Source: Eledone cirrhosa | Lineage: Eukaryota | NCBI GenBank assembly: GCA_964016885.1 | Contig: CAXHJY010000898.1 | Location: 372,001 to 436,000, forward strand | DNA: 64,000 nt | Direction: 5' to 3' | In this document: piece by piece, positions 24,490 through 38,000 of the stretch | Numbering within the stretch: position 1 is the first letter of the stretch | How the letters are laid out: each line of letters starts with the position of its first letter | Position numbers and translations under genes: made by a program | Notes under the pieces: generated by a model | What the model saw: the letters and a program-made list of their open reading frames with translations, nothing else | Databases searched by the model: none | Told to the model about the DNA's origin: nothing

Positions 24490-27400
24490 GGATAGCTTAG
24501 CTTAGCTTAGCTTAGGATAGATTAGCTTAGCTTAGGATAGCTTAGCTTAGCTTAGCTTAGGAAAGCTTAGCTTAGCTTAGGATAGCTTAGCTTAGCTTAG
24601 CTTAGGATAGCTTAGGATAGCTTAGCTTAGGATAGCTTAGGATAGCTTAGCTTAGGATAGCTTAGGATAGCTTAGGTTAGGATAGCTTAGCTTAGGATAG
24701 CTTAGGATAGCTTAGCTTAGGATAGCTTAGGATAGCTTAGCTTAGGATAGCTTAGGATAGCTTAGCTTAGGATAGCTTAGCTTAGGATAGCTTAGGAAAG
24801 CTTAGCTTAGCTTAGCTTAGGATAGCTTAGCTTAGCTTAGCTTAGGATAGCTTAGCTTAGCTTAGCTTAGGATAGCTTAGGATAGCTTAGCTTAGGATAG
24901 CTTAGGATAGCTTAGCTTAGGATAGCTTAGCTTAGGATAGCTTAGCTTAGGATAGCTTAGGATAGCTTAGCTTAGGATAGCTTAGGATAGCTTAGCTTAG
25001 GATAGCTTAGCTTAGGATAGCTTAGGATAGCTTAGCTTAGCTTAGCTTAGGATAGCTTAGCTTAGCTTAGCTTAGGATAGCTTAGCTTAGCTTAGCTTAG
25101 CTTAGCTTAGCTTAGCTTAGGATAGCTTAGGATAGCTTAGCTTAGGATAGCTTAGGATAGCTTAGCTTAGGATAGCTTAGCTCAGGATAGCTTAGCTTAG
25201 CTTAGCTTAGGATAGCTTAGCTTAGGATAGCTTAGGATAGCTTAGCTTAGGATAGCTTAGCTTAGGATAGCTTAGGATAGCTTAGCTTAGCTTAGCTTAG
25301 GATAGCTTAGCTTAGCTTAGCTTAGGATAGCTTAGCTTAGCTTAGGATAGCTTAGCTTAGCTTAGCTTAGGATAGCTTAGCTTAGCTTAGCTTAGGATAG
25401 CTTAGCTTAGGATAGCTTAGGATAGCTTAGCTTAGCTTAGCTTAGGATAGCTTAGCTTAGCTTAGCTTAGGATAGCTTAGCTTAGCTTAGGATAGCTTAG
25501 CTTAGCTTAGCTTAGGATAGCTTAGCCTAGCTTAGCTTAGGATAGCTTAGCTTAGCTTAGCTTAGGATAGCTTAGCTTAGGATAGCTTAGGATAGCTTAG
25601 CTTAGCTTAGCTTAGGATAGCTTAGCTTAGCTTAGGATAGCTTAGCTTAGCTTAGGATAGCTTAGCTTAGCTTAGCTTAGGATAGCTTAGCTTAGCTTAG
25701 CTTAGGATAGCTTAGCTTAGGTTAGCTTAGGATAGCTTAGGATAGCTTAGGATAGCTTAGCTTAGCTTAGCTTAGCTTAGGATAGCTTAACTTAGCTTAG
25801 GATAGCTTAGCTTAGCTTAGCTTAGGATAGCTTAGCTTAGCTTAGCTTAGGATAGCTTAGCTTAGCTTAGCTTAGGATAGCTTAGCTTAGCTTAGTTTAG
25901 GATAGCTTAGCTTAGCTTAGCTTAGGATAGCTTAGCTTAGCTTAGCTTAGAATAGCTTAGCTTAGGATAGCTTAGCTTAGGATAGCTTAGGATAGCTTAG
26001 CTTAGGATAGCTTAGGATAGCTTAGATTAGGATAGCTTAGCTTAGCTTAGCTTAGGATAGCTTAGCTTAGCTTAGGATAGCTTAGCTTAGCTTAGCTTAG
26101 GATAGCTTAGCTTAGGATAGCTTAGGAAAGCTTAGCTTAGCTTAGCTTAGCTTAGCTTAGCTTAGCTTAGCTTAGGATAGCTTAGCTTAGCTTAGGATAG
26201 TTTAGCTTAGCTTAGCTTAGGATAGCTTAGCTTAGCTTAGCTTAGGATAGCTTAGCTTAGCTTAGCTTAGGATAGCTTAGCTTAGCTTAGGATAGCTTAG
26301 CTTAGCTTAGCTTAGGATAGCTTAGCTTAGCTTAGGATAGCTTAGCTTAGCTTAGCTTAGGATAGCTTAGCTTAGCTTAGCTTAGGATAGCTTAGCTTAG
26401 GATAGCTTAGCTTAGCTTAGGATAGCTTAGCTTAGCTTAGCTTAGGATAGCTTAGCTTAGCTTAGCTTAGGATAGCTTAGCTTAGCTTAGCTTAGTATAG
26501 CTTAGCTTAGCTTAGCTTAGGATAGCTTAGCTTAGCTTAGCTTAGGATAGCTTAGCTTAGCTTAGCTTAGGATAGCTTAGCTTAGCTTAGCTTAGGATAG
26601 CTTAGCTTAGCTTAGCTTAGGATAGCTTAGCTTAGCTTGGCTTAGGATAGCTTAGCTTAGCTTGGCTTAGGATAGCTTAGCTTAGCTTAGCTTAGGATAG
26701 CTTAGCTTAGCTTAGCTTAGCTTAGCTTAGCTTAGGATAGCTTAGCTTAGCTTAGCTTAGCTTAGGATAGCTTAGCTTAGCTTAGCTTAGCTTAGGATAG
26801 CTTAGCTTAGCTTAGCTTAGCTTAGCTTAGGATAGCTTAGCTTAGCTTAGCTTAGGATAGCTTAGCTTAGTTTAGGATAGCTTAGCTTAGCTTAGCTTAG
26901 GATAGCTTAGGATAGCTTAGCTTAGGATAGCTTAGGATAGCTTAGCTTAGGATAGCTTAGGATAGCTTAGCTTAGGATAGCTTAGCTTAGGATAGCTTAG
27001 GATAGCTTAGCTTAGCTTAGCTTAGGATAGCTTAGCTTAGCTTAGGATAGCTTAGCTTAGCTTAGGATAGCTTAGCTTAGCTTAGCTTAGGATAGCTTAG
27101 CTTAGCTTAGCTTAGGATAGCTTAGCTTAGGTTAGCTTAGGATAGCTTAGGATAGCTTAGGATAGCTTAGCTTAGCTTAGCTTAGCTTAGGATAGCTTAA
27201 CTTAGCTTAGGATAGCTTAGCTTAGCTTAGCTTAGGATAGCTTAGCTTAGCTTAGCTTAGGATAGCTTAGCTTAGCTTAGCTTAGGATAGCTTAGCTTAG
27301 CTTAGCTTAGGATAGCTTAGCTTAGCTTAGCTTAGGATAGCTTAGCTTAGCTTAGCTTAGAATAGCTTAGCTTAGGATAGCTTAGCTTAGGTAGCTTAGG

Positions 27401-30400
27401 ATAGCTTAGCTTAGGATAGCTTAGGATAGCTTAGCTTAGGATAGCTTAGCTTAGCTTAGCTTAGGATAGCTTAGCTTAGCTTAGGATAGCTTAGCTTAGC
27501 TTAGCTTAGGATAGCTTAGCTTAGGATAGCTTAGGAAAGCTTAGCTTAGCTTAGCTTAGCTTAGCTTAGCTTAGCTTAGCTTAGGATAGCTTAGCTTAGC
27601 TTAGGATAGTTTAGCTTAGCTTAGCTTAGGATAGCTTAGCTTAGCTTAGCTTAGGATAGCTTAGCTTAGCTTAGCTTAGGATAGCTTAGCTTAGCTTAGG
27701 ATAGCTTAGCTTAGCTTAGCTTAGGATAGCTTAGCTTAGCTTAGGATAGCTTAGCTTAGCTTAGCTTAGGATAGCTTAGCTTAGCTTAGCTTAGGATAGC
27801 TTAGCTTAGGATAGCTTAGCTTAGCTTAGGATAGCTTAGCTTAGCTTAGCTTAGGATAGCTTAGCTTAGCTTAGCTTAGGATAGCTTAGCTTAGCTTAGC
27901 TTAGTATAGCTTAGCTTAGCTTAGCTTAGGATAGCTTAGCTTAGCTTAGCTTAGGATAGCTTAGCTTAGCTTAGCTTAGGATAGCTTAGCTTAGCTTAGC
28001 TTAGGATAGCTTAGCTTAGCTTAGCTTAGGATAGCTTAGCTTAGCTTGGCTTAGGATAGCTTAGCTTAGCTTGGCTTAGGATAGCTTAGCTTAGCTTAGC
28101 TTAGGATAGCTTAGCTTAGCTTAGCTTAGCTTAGCTTAGCTTAGGATAGCTTAGCTTAGCTTAGCTTAGCTTAGGATAGCTTAGCTTAGCTTAGCTTAGC
28201 TTAGGATAGCTTAGCTTAGCTTAGCTTAGCTTAGGATAGCTTAGCTTAGCTTAGCTTAGGATAGCTTAGCTTAGTTTAGGATAGCTTAGCTTAGCTTAGC
28301 TTAGGATAGCTTAGGATAGCTTAGCTTAGGATAGCTTAGGATAGCTTAGCTTAGGATAGCTTAGGATAGCTTAGGTTAGGATAGCTTAGCTTAGGATAGA
28401 TTAGGATAGCTTAGCTTAGGATAGCTTAGGATAGCTTAGCTTAGGATAGCTTAGGATAGCTTAGCTTAGAATAGCTTAGCTTAGGATAGCTTAGGAAAGC
28501 TTAGCTTAGCTTAGCTTAGGATAGCTTAGCTTAGCTTAGCTTAGGATAGCTTAGCTTAGCTTAGCTTAGGATAGCTTAGGATAGCTTAGCTTAGGATAGC
28601 TTAGGATAGCTTAGCTTTGGAGAGCTTAGCTTAGGAGAGCTTAGCTTAGGATAGCTTAGGATAGCTTAGCTTAGGATAGCTTAGGATAGCTTAGCTTAGG
28701 ATAGCTTAGCTTAGGATAGCTTAGGATAGCTTAGCTTAGCTTAGCTTAGGATAGCTTAGCTTAGCTTAGCTTAGCTTAGGATAGCTTAGCTTAGCTTAGC
28801 TTAGCTTAGGATAGCTTAGCTTAGCTTAGCTTAGGATAGCTTAGGATAGCTTAGCTTAGGATAGCTTAGGATAGCTTAGCTTAGGATAGCTTAGGATAGC
28901 TTAGCTTAGGATAGCTTAGGATAGCTTAGCTTAGGATAGCTTAGCTTAGGATAGCTTAGGATAGATTAGCTTAGGATAGCTTAGGATAGCTTAGCTTAGC
29001 TTAGCTTAGGATAGCTTAGCTTAGCTTAGCTTAGGATAGATTAGCTTAGCTTAGGATAGCTTAGCTTAGCTTAGCTTAGGAAAGCTTAGCTTAGCTTAGG
29101 ATAGCTTAGCTTAGCTTAGCTTAGGATAGCTTAGGATAGCTTAGCTTAGGATAGCTTAGGATAGCTTAGCTTAGGATAGCTTAGGATAGCTTAGGTTAGG
29201 ATAGCTTAGCTTAGGATAGCTTAGGATAGCTTAGCTTAGGATAGCTTAGGATAGCTTAGCTTAGGATAGCTTAGGATAGCTTAGCTTAGGATAGCTTAGC
29301 TTAGGATAGCTTAGGAAAGCTTAGCTTAGCTTAGCTTAGGATAGCTTAGCTTAGCTTAGCTTAGGATAGCTTAGCTTAGCTTAGCTTAGGATAGCTTAGG
29401 ATAGCTTAGCTTAGGATAGCTTAGGATATCTTAGCTTAGGATAGCTTAGCTTAGGATAGCTTAGCTTAGGATAGCTTAGGATAGCTTAGCTTAGGATAGC
29501 TTAGGATAGCTTAGCTTAGGATAGCTTAGCTTAGGATAGCTTAGGATAGCTTAGCTTAGCTTAGGATAGCTTAGCTTAGCTTAGCTTAGGATAGCTTAGC
29601 TTAGCTTAGCTTAGCTTAGCTTAGCTTAGCTTAGGATAGCTTAGGATAGCTTAGCTTAGGATAGCTTAGGATAGCTTAGCTTAGGATAGCTTAGCTTAGG
29701 ATAGCTTAGCTTAGCTTAGCTTAGGATAGCTTAGCTTAGGATAGCTTAGGATAGCTTAGCTTAGGATAGCTTAGCTTAGGATAGCTTAGGATAGCTTAGC
29801 TTAGCTTAGCTTAGGATAGCTTAGCTTAGCTTAGCTTAGGATAGCTTAGCTTAGCTTAGGATAGCTTAGCTTAGCTTAGCTTAGGATAGCTTAGCTTAGC
29901 TTAGCTTAGGATAGCTTAGCTTAGGATAGCTTAGGATAGCTTAGCTTAGCTTAGCTTAGGATAGCTTAGCTTAGCTTAGCTTAGGATAGCTTAGCTTAGC
30001 TTAGGATAGCTTAGCTTAGCTTAGCTTAGGATAGCTTAGCCTAGCTTAGCTTAGGATAGCTTAGCTTAGCTTAGCTTAGGATAGCTTAGCTTAGGATAGC
30101 TTAGGATAGCTTAGCTTAGCTTAGCTTAGGATAGCTTAGCTTAGCTTAGGATAGCTTAGCTTAGCTTAGGATAGCTTAGCTTAGCTTAGCTTAGGATAGC
30201 TTAGCTTAGCTTAGCTTAGGATAGCTTAGCTTAGGTTAGCTTAGGATAGCTTAGGATAGCTTAGGATAGCTTAGCTTAGCTTAGCTTAGCTTAGGATAGC
30301 TTAACTTAGCTTAGGATAGCTTAGCTTAGCTTAGCTTAGGATAGCTTAGCTTAGCTTAGCTTAGGATAGCTTAGCTTAGCTTAGCTTAGGATAGCTTAGC

Positions 30401-32010
30401 TTAGCTTAGCTTAGGATAGCTTAGCTTAGCTTAGCTTAGGATAGCTTAGCTTAGCTTAGCTTAGAATAGCTTAGCTTAGGATAGCTTAGCTTAGGATAGC
30501 TTAGGATAGCTTAGCTTAGGATAGCTTAGGATAGCTTAGCTTAGGATAGCTTAGCTTAGCTTAGCTTAGGATAGCTTAGCTTAGCTTAGGATAGCTTAGC
30601 TTAGCTTAGCTTAGGATAGCTTAGCTTAGGATAGCTTAGGAAAGCTTAGCTTAGCTTAGCTTAGCTTAGCTTAGCTTAGCTTAGGATAGCTTAGCTTAGC
30701 TTAGGATAGTTTAGCTTAGCTTAGCTTAGGATAGCTTAGCTTAGCTTAGCTTAGGATAGCTTAGCTTAGCTTAGCTTAGGATAGCTTAGCTTAGCTTAGG
30801 ATAGCTTAGCTTAGCTTAGCTTAGGATAGCTTAGCTTAGCTTAGGATAGCTTAGCTTAGCTTAGCTTAGGATAGCTTAGCTTAGCTTAGCTTAGGATAGC
30901 TTAGCTTAGGATAGCTTAGCTTAGCTTAGGATAGCTTAGCTTAGCTTAGCTTAGGATAGCTTAGCTTAGCTTAGCTTAGGATAGCTTAGCTTAGCTTAGC
31001 TTAGTATAGCTTAGCTTAGCTTAGCTTAGGATAGCTTAGCTTAGCTTAGCTTAGGATAGCTTAGCTTAGCTTAGCTTAGGATAGCTTAGCTTAGCTTAGC
31101 TTAGGATAGCTTAGCTTAGCTTAGCTTAGGATAGCTTAGCTTAGCTTGGCTTAGGATAGCTTAGCTTAGCTTGGCTTAGGATAGCTTAGCTTAGCTTAGC
31201 TTAGGATAGCTTAGCTTAGCTTAGCTTAGCTTAGCTTAGCTTAGGATAGCTTAGCTTAGCTTAGCTTAGCTTAGGATAGCTTAGCTTAGCTTAGCTTAGC
31301 TTAGGATAGCTTAGCTTAGCTTAGCTTAGCTTAGCTTAGGATAGCTTAGCTTAGCTTAGCTTAGGATAGCTTAGCTTAGTTTAGGATAGCTTAGCTTAGC
31401 TTAGCTTAGGATAGCTTAGGATAGCTTAGCTTAGGATAGCTTAGGATAGCTTAGCTTAGGATAGCTTAGGATAGCTTAGGTTAGGATAGCTTAGCTTAGG
31501 ATAGATTAGGATAGCTTAGCTTAGGATAGCTTAGGATAGCTTAGCTTAGGATAGCTTAGGATAGCTTAGCTTAGAATAGCTTAGCTTAGGATAGCTTAGG
31601 AAAGCTTAGCTTAGCTTAGCTTAGGATAGCTTAGCTTAGCTTAGCTTAGGATAGCTTAGCTTAGCTTAGCTTAGGATAGCTTAGGATAGCTTAGCTTAGG
31701 ATAGCTTAGGATAGCTTAGCTTTGGATAGCTTAGCTTAGGAGAGCTTAGCTTAGGATAGCTTAGGATAGCTTAGCTTAGGATAGCTTAGGATAGCTTAGC
31801 TTAGGATAGCTTAGCTTAGGATAGCTTAGGATAGCTTAGCTTAGCTTAGCTTAGGATAGCTTAGCTTAGCTTAGCTTAGCTTAGGATAGCTTAGCTTAGC
31901 TTAGCTTAGCTTAGGATAGCTTAGCTTAGCTTAGCTTAGGATAGCTTAGGATAGCTTAGCTTAGGATAGCTTAGGATAGCTTAGCTTAGGATAGCTTAGG
32001 ATAGCTTAGC
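24490..32010. repeat. Tandem duplication of a ~3.1 kb unit; the first copy is expanded to ~4.5 kb by a nested duplication
   Basis: AGATT 24519/29038 and AGGAA 24559/29078 (+4519); AGCCT 25524/30038 (+4514). After the nested duplication: AGTAT 27903/31003 (+3100), AGATT 28398/31503 (+3105). Confidence 0.88.
25545..28365. repeat. Nested tandem duplication, unit about 1410 bp
   Basis: AACTT 25789/27199 (+1410); AGTAT 26494/27903 and GGCTT 26639/28048 (+1409, after the 1-bp deletion at 27389). Confidence 0.9.
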
Positions 32011-35000
32011 TTAGGATAGCTTAGCTTAGGATAGCTTAGCTTAGCTTAGCTTAGGATAGCTTAGCTTAGGATAGCTTAGGATAGCTTAGCTTAGGATAGC
32101 TTAGCTTAGGATAGCTTAGGATAGCTTAGCTTAGCTTAGCTTAGGATAGCTTAGCTTAGCTTAGCTTAGGATAGCTTAGCTTAGCTTAGGATAGCTTAGC
32201 TTAGCTTAGCTTAGGATAGCTTAGCTTAGCTTAGCTTAGGATAGCTTAGCTTAGCTTAGCTTAGGATAGCTTAGCTTAGCTTAGGATAGCTCAGCTTAGC
32301 TTAGCTTAGGAAAGCTTAGCTTAGCTTAGCTTAGGATAGCTTAGCTTAGGATAGCTTAGCTTAGGATAGCTTAGCTTAGGTTAGCTTAGCTTAGCTTAGC
32401 TTAGGATAGCTTAGGATAGCTTAGCTTAGGATAGCTTAGCTTAGCTTAGCTTAGGATAGCTTAGCTTAGCTTAGCTTAGGATAGCTTAGCTTAGCTTAGC
32501 TTAGGATAGCTTAGCTTAGGATAGCTTAGGATAGCTTAGCTTAGCTTAGCTTAGGATAGTTTAGCTTAGCTTAGCTTAGGATAGCTTAGCTTAGCTTAGG
32601 ATAGCTTAGCTTAGCTTAGCTTAGGATAGCTTAGCTTAGCTTAGCTTAGGATAGCTTAGCTTAGGTTAGCTTAGGATAGCTTAGGATAGCTTAGCTTAGG
32701 ATAGCTTAGGATAGCTTAGCTTAGGATAGCTTAGCTTAGGATAGCTTAGCTTAGGTTAGCTTAGCTTAGCTTAGCTTAGGATAGCTTAGGATAGCTTAGC
32801 TTAGGATAGCTTAGCTTAGCTTAGCTTAGGATAGCTTAGCTTAGGATAGCTTAGGATAGCTTAGCTTAGGATAGCTTAGCTTAGGATAGCTTAGCTTAGG
32901 ATAGCTTAGGATAGCTTAGCTTAGCTTAGCTTAGGATAGCTTAGCTTAGCTTAGCTTAGGATAGCTTAGCTTAGGTTAGCTTAGCTTAGCTTAGCTTAGG
33001 ATAGCTTAGCTTAGGATAGCTTAGGATAGCTTAGCTTAGGATAGCTTAGCTTAGGATAGCTTAGGATAGCTTAGCTTAGGATAGCTTAGAATAGCTTAGC
33101 TTAGGATAGCTTAGCTTAGGATAGCTTAGGATAGCTTAGCTTAGCTTAGCTTAGGATAGCTTAGCTTAGCTTAGCTTAGGATAGCTTAGCTTAGCTTAGC
33201 TTAGGATAGCTTAGCTTAGCTTAGCTTAGGATAGCTTAGGATAGCTTAGCTTAGGATAGCTTAGGATAGCTTAGGATAGCTTAGCTTAGCTTAGCTTAGG
33301 ATAGCTTAGCTTAGCTTAGCTTAGGATAGCTTAGCTTAGCTTAGCTTAGGATAGCTTAGCTTAGCTTAGGATAGCTTAGCTTAGCTTAGCTTAGGATAGC
33401 TTAGCTTAGCTTAGCTTAGGATAGCTTAGCTTAGCTTAGGATAGCTTAGCTTAGCTTAGGATAGCTTAGCTTAGCTTAGCTTAGGATAGCTTAGCTTAGC
33501 TTAGCTTAGGATAGCTTAGCTTAGCTTAGCTTAGGATAGCTTAGCTTAGCTTAGCTTAGGATAGCTTAGCTTAGCTTAGCTTAGGATAGCTTAGCTTAGC
33601 TTAGCTTAGGATAGCTTAGCTTAGCTTAGCTTAGGATAGATTAGCTTAGCTTAGGATAGCTTAGCTTAGCTTAGCTTAGGAAAGCTTAGCTTAGCTTAGG
33701 ATAGCTTAGCTTAGCTTAGCTTAGGAGAGCTTAGCTTAGCTTAGGATAGCTTAGCTTAGCTTAGCTTAGGATAGCTTAGCTTAGCTTAGCTTAGGTAGCT
33801 TAGCTTAGCTTAGCTTAGGATAGCTTAGCTTAGCTTAGCTTAGGATAGCTTAGGATAGCTTAGCTTAGGATAGCTTAGGATAGCTTACCTTAGGAGAGCT
33901 TAGCTTAGGATAGCTTAGCTTAGGATAGCTTAGGATAGCTTAGCTTAGGATAGCTTAGCTTAGGATAGCTTAGCTTAGGATAGCTTAGGATAGCTTAGCT
34001 TAGCTTAGCTTAGGATAGCTTAGCTTAGCTTAGCTTAGGATAGCTTAGCTTAGGTTAGCTTAGCTTAGCTTAGCTTAGGATAGCTTAGGATAGCTTAGCT
34101 TAGGATAGCTTAGGATAGCTTAGCTTAGGATAGCTTAGGATAGCTTAGCTTAGGATAGCTTAGCTTAGGATAGCTTAGGATTGCTTAGCTTAGGATAGCT
34201 TAGGATAGCTTAGCTTAGGATAGCTTAACTTAGGATCGCTTAGGATAGCTTAGCTTAGCTTAGCTTAGGATAGCTTAGCTTAGCTTAGCTTAGGATAGCT
34301 TAGCTTAGCTTAGCTTAGGATAGCTTAGCTTAGATTAGCTTAGGATAGCTTAGGATAGCTTAGCTTAGGATAGCTTAGGATAGCTTAGCTTAGGATAGCT
34401 TAGGATAGCTTAGCTTAGGATAGCTTAGCTTAGGATAGCTTAGGATAGCTTAGCTTAGGATAGCTTAGGATAGCTTAGCTTAGGATAGCTTAGCTTAGGA
34501 TAGCTTAGCTTAGGATAGCTTAGGATAGCTTAGCTTAGCTTAGCTTAGGATAGCTTAGCTTAGCTTAGCTTAGGATAGCTTAGCTTAGCTTAGCTTAGGA
34601 TAGCTTAGCTTAGCTTAGCCTAGGATAGCTTAGGATAGCTTAGCTTAGGATAGCTTAGGATAGCTTAGCTTAGGTTAGCTTAGGATAGCTTAGCTTAGGA
34701 TAGATTAGCTTAGGATAGCTTAGCTTAGGATAGCTTAGGATAGCTTAGCTTAGGATAGCTTAGGATAGCTTAGCTTAGAATAGCTTAGCTTAGGATAGCT
34801 TAGGAAAGCTTAGCTTAGCTTAGCTTAGGATAGCTTAGCTTAGCTTAGCTTAGGATAGCTTAGCTTAGCTTAGCTTAGGATAGCTTAGGATAGCTTAGCT
34901 TAGGATAGCTTAGGATAGCTTAGCTTTGGATAGCTTAGCTTAGGAGAGCTTAGCTTAGGATAGCTTAGGATAGCTTAGCTTAGGATAGCTTAGGGTAGCT

Positions 35001-38000
35001 TAGCTTAGGATAGCTTAGCTTAGGATAGCTTAGGATAGCTTAGCTTAGCTTAGCTTAGGATAGCTTAGCTTAGCTTAGCTTAGGATAGCTTAGCTTAGCT
35101 TAGCTTAGCTTAGGATAGCTTAGCTTAGCTTAGCTTAGGATAGCTTAGGATAGCTTAGCTTAGGATAGCTTAGGATAGCTTAGCTTAGGATAGCTTAGGA
35201 TAGCTTAGCTTAGGATAGCTTAGGATAGCTTAGCTTAGGATAGCTTAGCTTAGGATAGCTTAGCTTAGCTTAGCTTAGGATAGCTTAGCTTAGGATAGCT
35301 TAGGATAGCTTAGCTTAGGATAGCTTAGCTTAGGATAGCTTAGGATAGCTTAGCTTAGCTTAGCTTAGGATAGCTTAGCTTAGCTTAGCTTAGGATAGCT
35401 TAGCTTAGCTTAGGATAGCTTAGCTTAGCTTAGCTTAGGATAGCTTAGCTTAGCTTAGCTTAGGATAGCTTAGCTTAGCTTAGCTTAGGATAGCTTAGCT
35501 TAGCTTAGGATAGCTCAGCTTAGCTTAGCTTAGGATAGCTTAGCTTAGGTTAGCTTAGGATAGCTTAGGATAGCTTAGGATAGCTTAGCTTAGCTTAGCT
35601 TAGGATAGCTTAGCTTAGCTTAGCTTAGGATAGCTTAGCTTAGCTTAGCTTAGGATAGCTTAGCTTAGCTTAGGATAGCTTAGCTTAGCTTAGCTTAGGA
35701 TAGCTTAGCTTAGCTTAGGATAGCTTAGCTTAGCTTAGCTTAGGATAGCTTAGCTTTGCTTAGGATAGCTTAGCTTAGCTTAGCTTAGGATAGCTTAGCT
35801 TAGCTTAGCTTAGGATAGCTTAGCTTAGGTTAGCTTAGGATAGCTTAGGATAGCTTAGGATAGCTTAGCTTAGCTTAGCTTAGGATAGCTTAGCTTAGCT
35901 TAGCTTAGGATAGCTTAGCTTAGCTTAGCTTAGGATAGCTTAGCTTAGCTTAGGATAGCTTAGCTTAGCTTAGCTTAGCTTAGCTTAGGATAGCTTAGCT
36001 TAGCTTAGGATAGCTTAGCTTAGCTTAGCTTAGGATAGCTTAGCTTTGCTTAGGATAGCTTAGCTTAGCTTAGCTTAGGATAGCTTAGCTTAGCTTAGCT
36101 TAGGATAGCTTAGCTTAGCTTAGCTTAGGATAGATTAGCTTAGCTTAGGATAGCTTAGCTTAGCTTAGCTTAGGAAAGCTTAGCTTAGCTTAGGATAGCT
36201 TAGCTTAGCTTAGCTTAGGAGAGCTTAGCTTAGCTTAGGATAGCTTAGCTTAGCTTAGCTTAGGATAGCTTAGCTTAGCTTAGGTAGCTTAGCTTAGCTT
36301 AGCTTAGGATAGCTTAGCTTAGCTTAGCTTAGCTTAGGATAGCTTAGCTTAGCTTAGCTTAGGATAGCTTAGCTTAGCTTAGCTTAGGATAGCTTAGGAT
36401 AGCTTAGCTTAGGATAGCTTAGGATAGCTTACCTTAGGAGAGCTTAGCTTAGGATAGCTTAGCTTAGGATAGCTTAGGATAGCTTAGCTTAGGATAGCTT
36501 AGCTTAGGATAGCTTAGCTTAGGATAGCTTAGGATAGCTTAGCTTAGCTTAGCTTAGGATAGCTTAGCCTAGCTTAGCTTAGGATAGCTTAGCTTAGGTT
36601 AGCTTAGCTTAGCTTAGCTTAGGATAGCTTAGCTTAGGATAGCTTAGGATAGCTTAGCTTAGGATAGCTTAGCTTAGGATAGCTTAGCTTAGCTTTGCTT
36701 AGGATAGCTTAGCTTAGCTTAGCTTAGGATAGCTTAGCTTAGCTTAGCTTAGGATAGCTTAGCTTAGCTTAGCTTAGGATAGCTTAGCTTAGCTTAGCTT
36801 AGGATAGCTTAGCTTAGCTTAGCTTAGGATAGCTTAGCTTAGCTTAGCTTAGGATCGCTTAGCTTAGCTTAGCTTAGGATAGCTTAGCTTAGCTTAGGAT
36901 AGCTTAGCTTAGCTTAGCTTAGGATAGCTTAGCTTAGCTTAGGATAGCTTAGGATAGCTTAGCTTAGGAGAGCTTAGCTTAGCTTAGCTTAGGATAGCTT
37001 AGCTTAGCTTAGCTTAGGATAGCTTAGCTTAACTTAGCTTAGGATAGCTTAGCTTAGCTTAACTTAGGATAGCTTAGCTTAGCTTAGCTTAGGATAGCTT
37101 AGCTTAGGATAGCTTAGCTTAGCTTAGCTTAGGATAGCTTAGGATAGCTTAGCTTAGGATAGCTTAGGATAGCTTACCTTAGGAGAGCTTAGCTTAGGAT
37201 AGCTTAGCTTAGGATAGCTTAGGATAGCTTAGCTTAGGATAGCTTAGCTTAGGATAGCTTAGCTTAGGATAGCTTAGGATAGCTTAGCTTAGCTTAGCTT
37301 AGGATAGCTTAGCTTAGCTTAGCTTAGGATAGCTTAGCTTAGGTTAGCTTAGCTTAGCTTAGCTTAGGATAGCTTAGCTTAGGATAGCTTAGGATAGCTT
37401 AGCTTAGGATAGCTTAGCTTAGGATAGCTTAGCTTAGCTTTGCTTAGGATAGCTTAGCTTAGCTTAGGATAGCTTAGCTTAGCTTAGCTTAGGATAGCTT
37501 AGCTTAGCTTAGCTTAGGATAGCTTAGCTTAGCTTAGCTTAGGATAGCTTAGCTTAGCTTAGCTTAGGATAGCTTAGCTTAGCTTAGCTTAGGATCGCTT
37601 AGCTTAGCTTAGCTTAGGATAGCTTAGCTTAGCTTAGGATAGCTTAGCTTAGCTTAGCTTAGGATAGCTTAGCTTAGCTTAGGATAGCTTAGGATAGCTT
37701 AGCTTAGGAGAGCTTAGCTTAGCTTAGCTTAGGATAGCTTAGCTTAGCTTAGCTTAGGATAGCTTAGCTTAACTTAGCTTAGGATAGCTTAGCTTAGCTT
37801 AACTTAGGATAGCTTAGCTTAGCTTAGCTTAGGATAGCTTAGCTTAGCTTAGCTTAGGATAGCTTAGCTTAGCTTAGCTTAGGATAGCTTAGGATAGCTT
37901 AGCTTAGGATAGCTTAGGATAGCTTACCTTAGGAGAGCTTAGCTTAGGATAGCTTAGGATAGCTTAGGATAGCTTAGCTTAGGATAGCTTAGCTTAGGAT

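Noticed and set aside
29428-29432. ATCTT variant as a sixth copy of the ATCTT-AGGTT module
   Set aside because: It is not followed by AGGTT and is absent from the paralogous position near 24.9 kb, so it is an isolated substitution or error.
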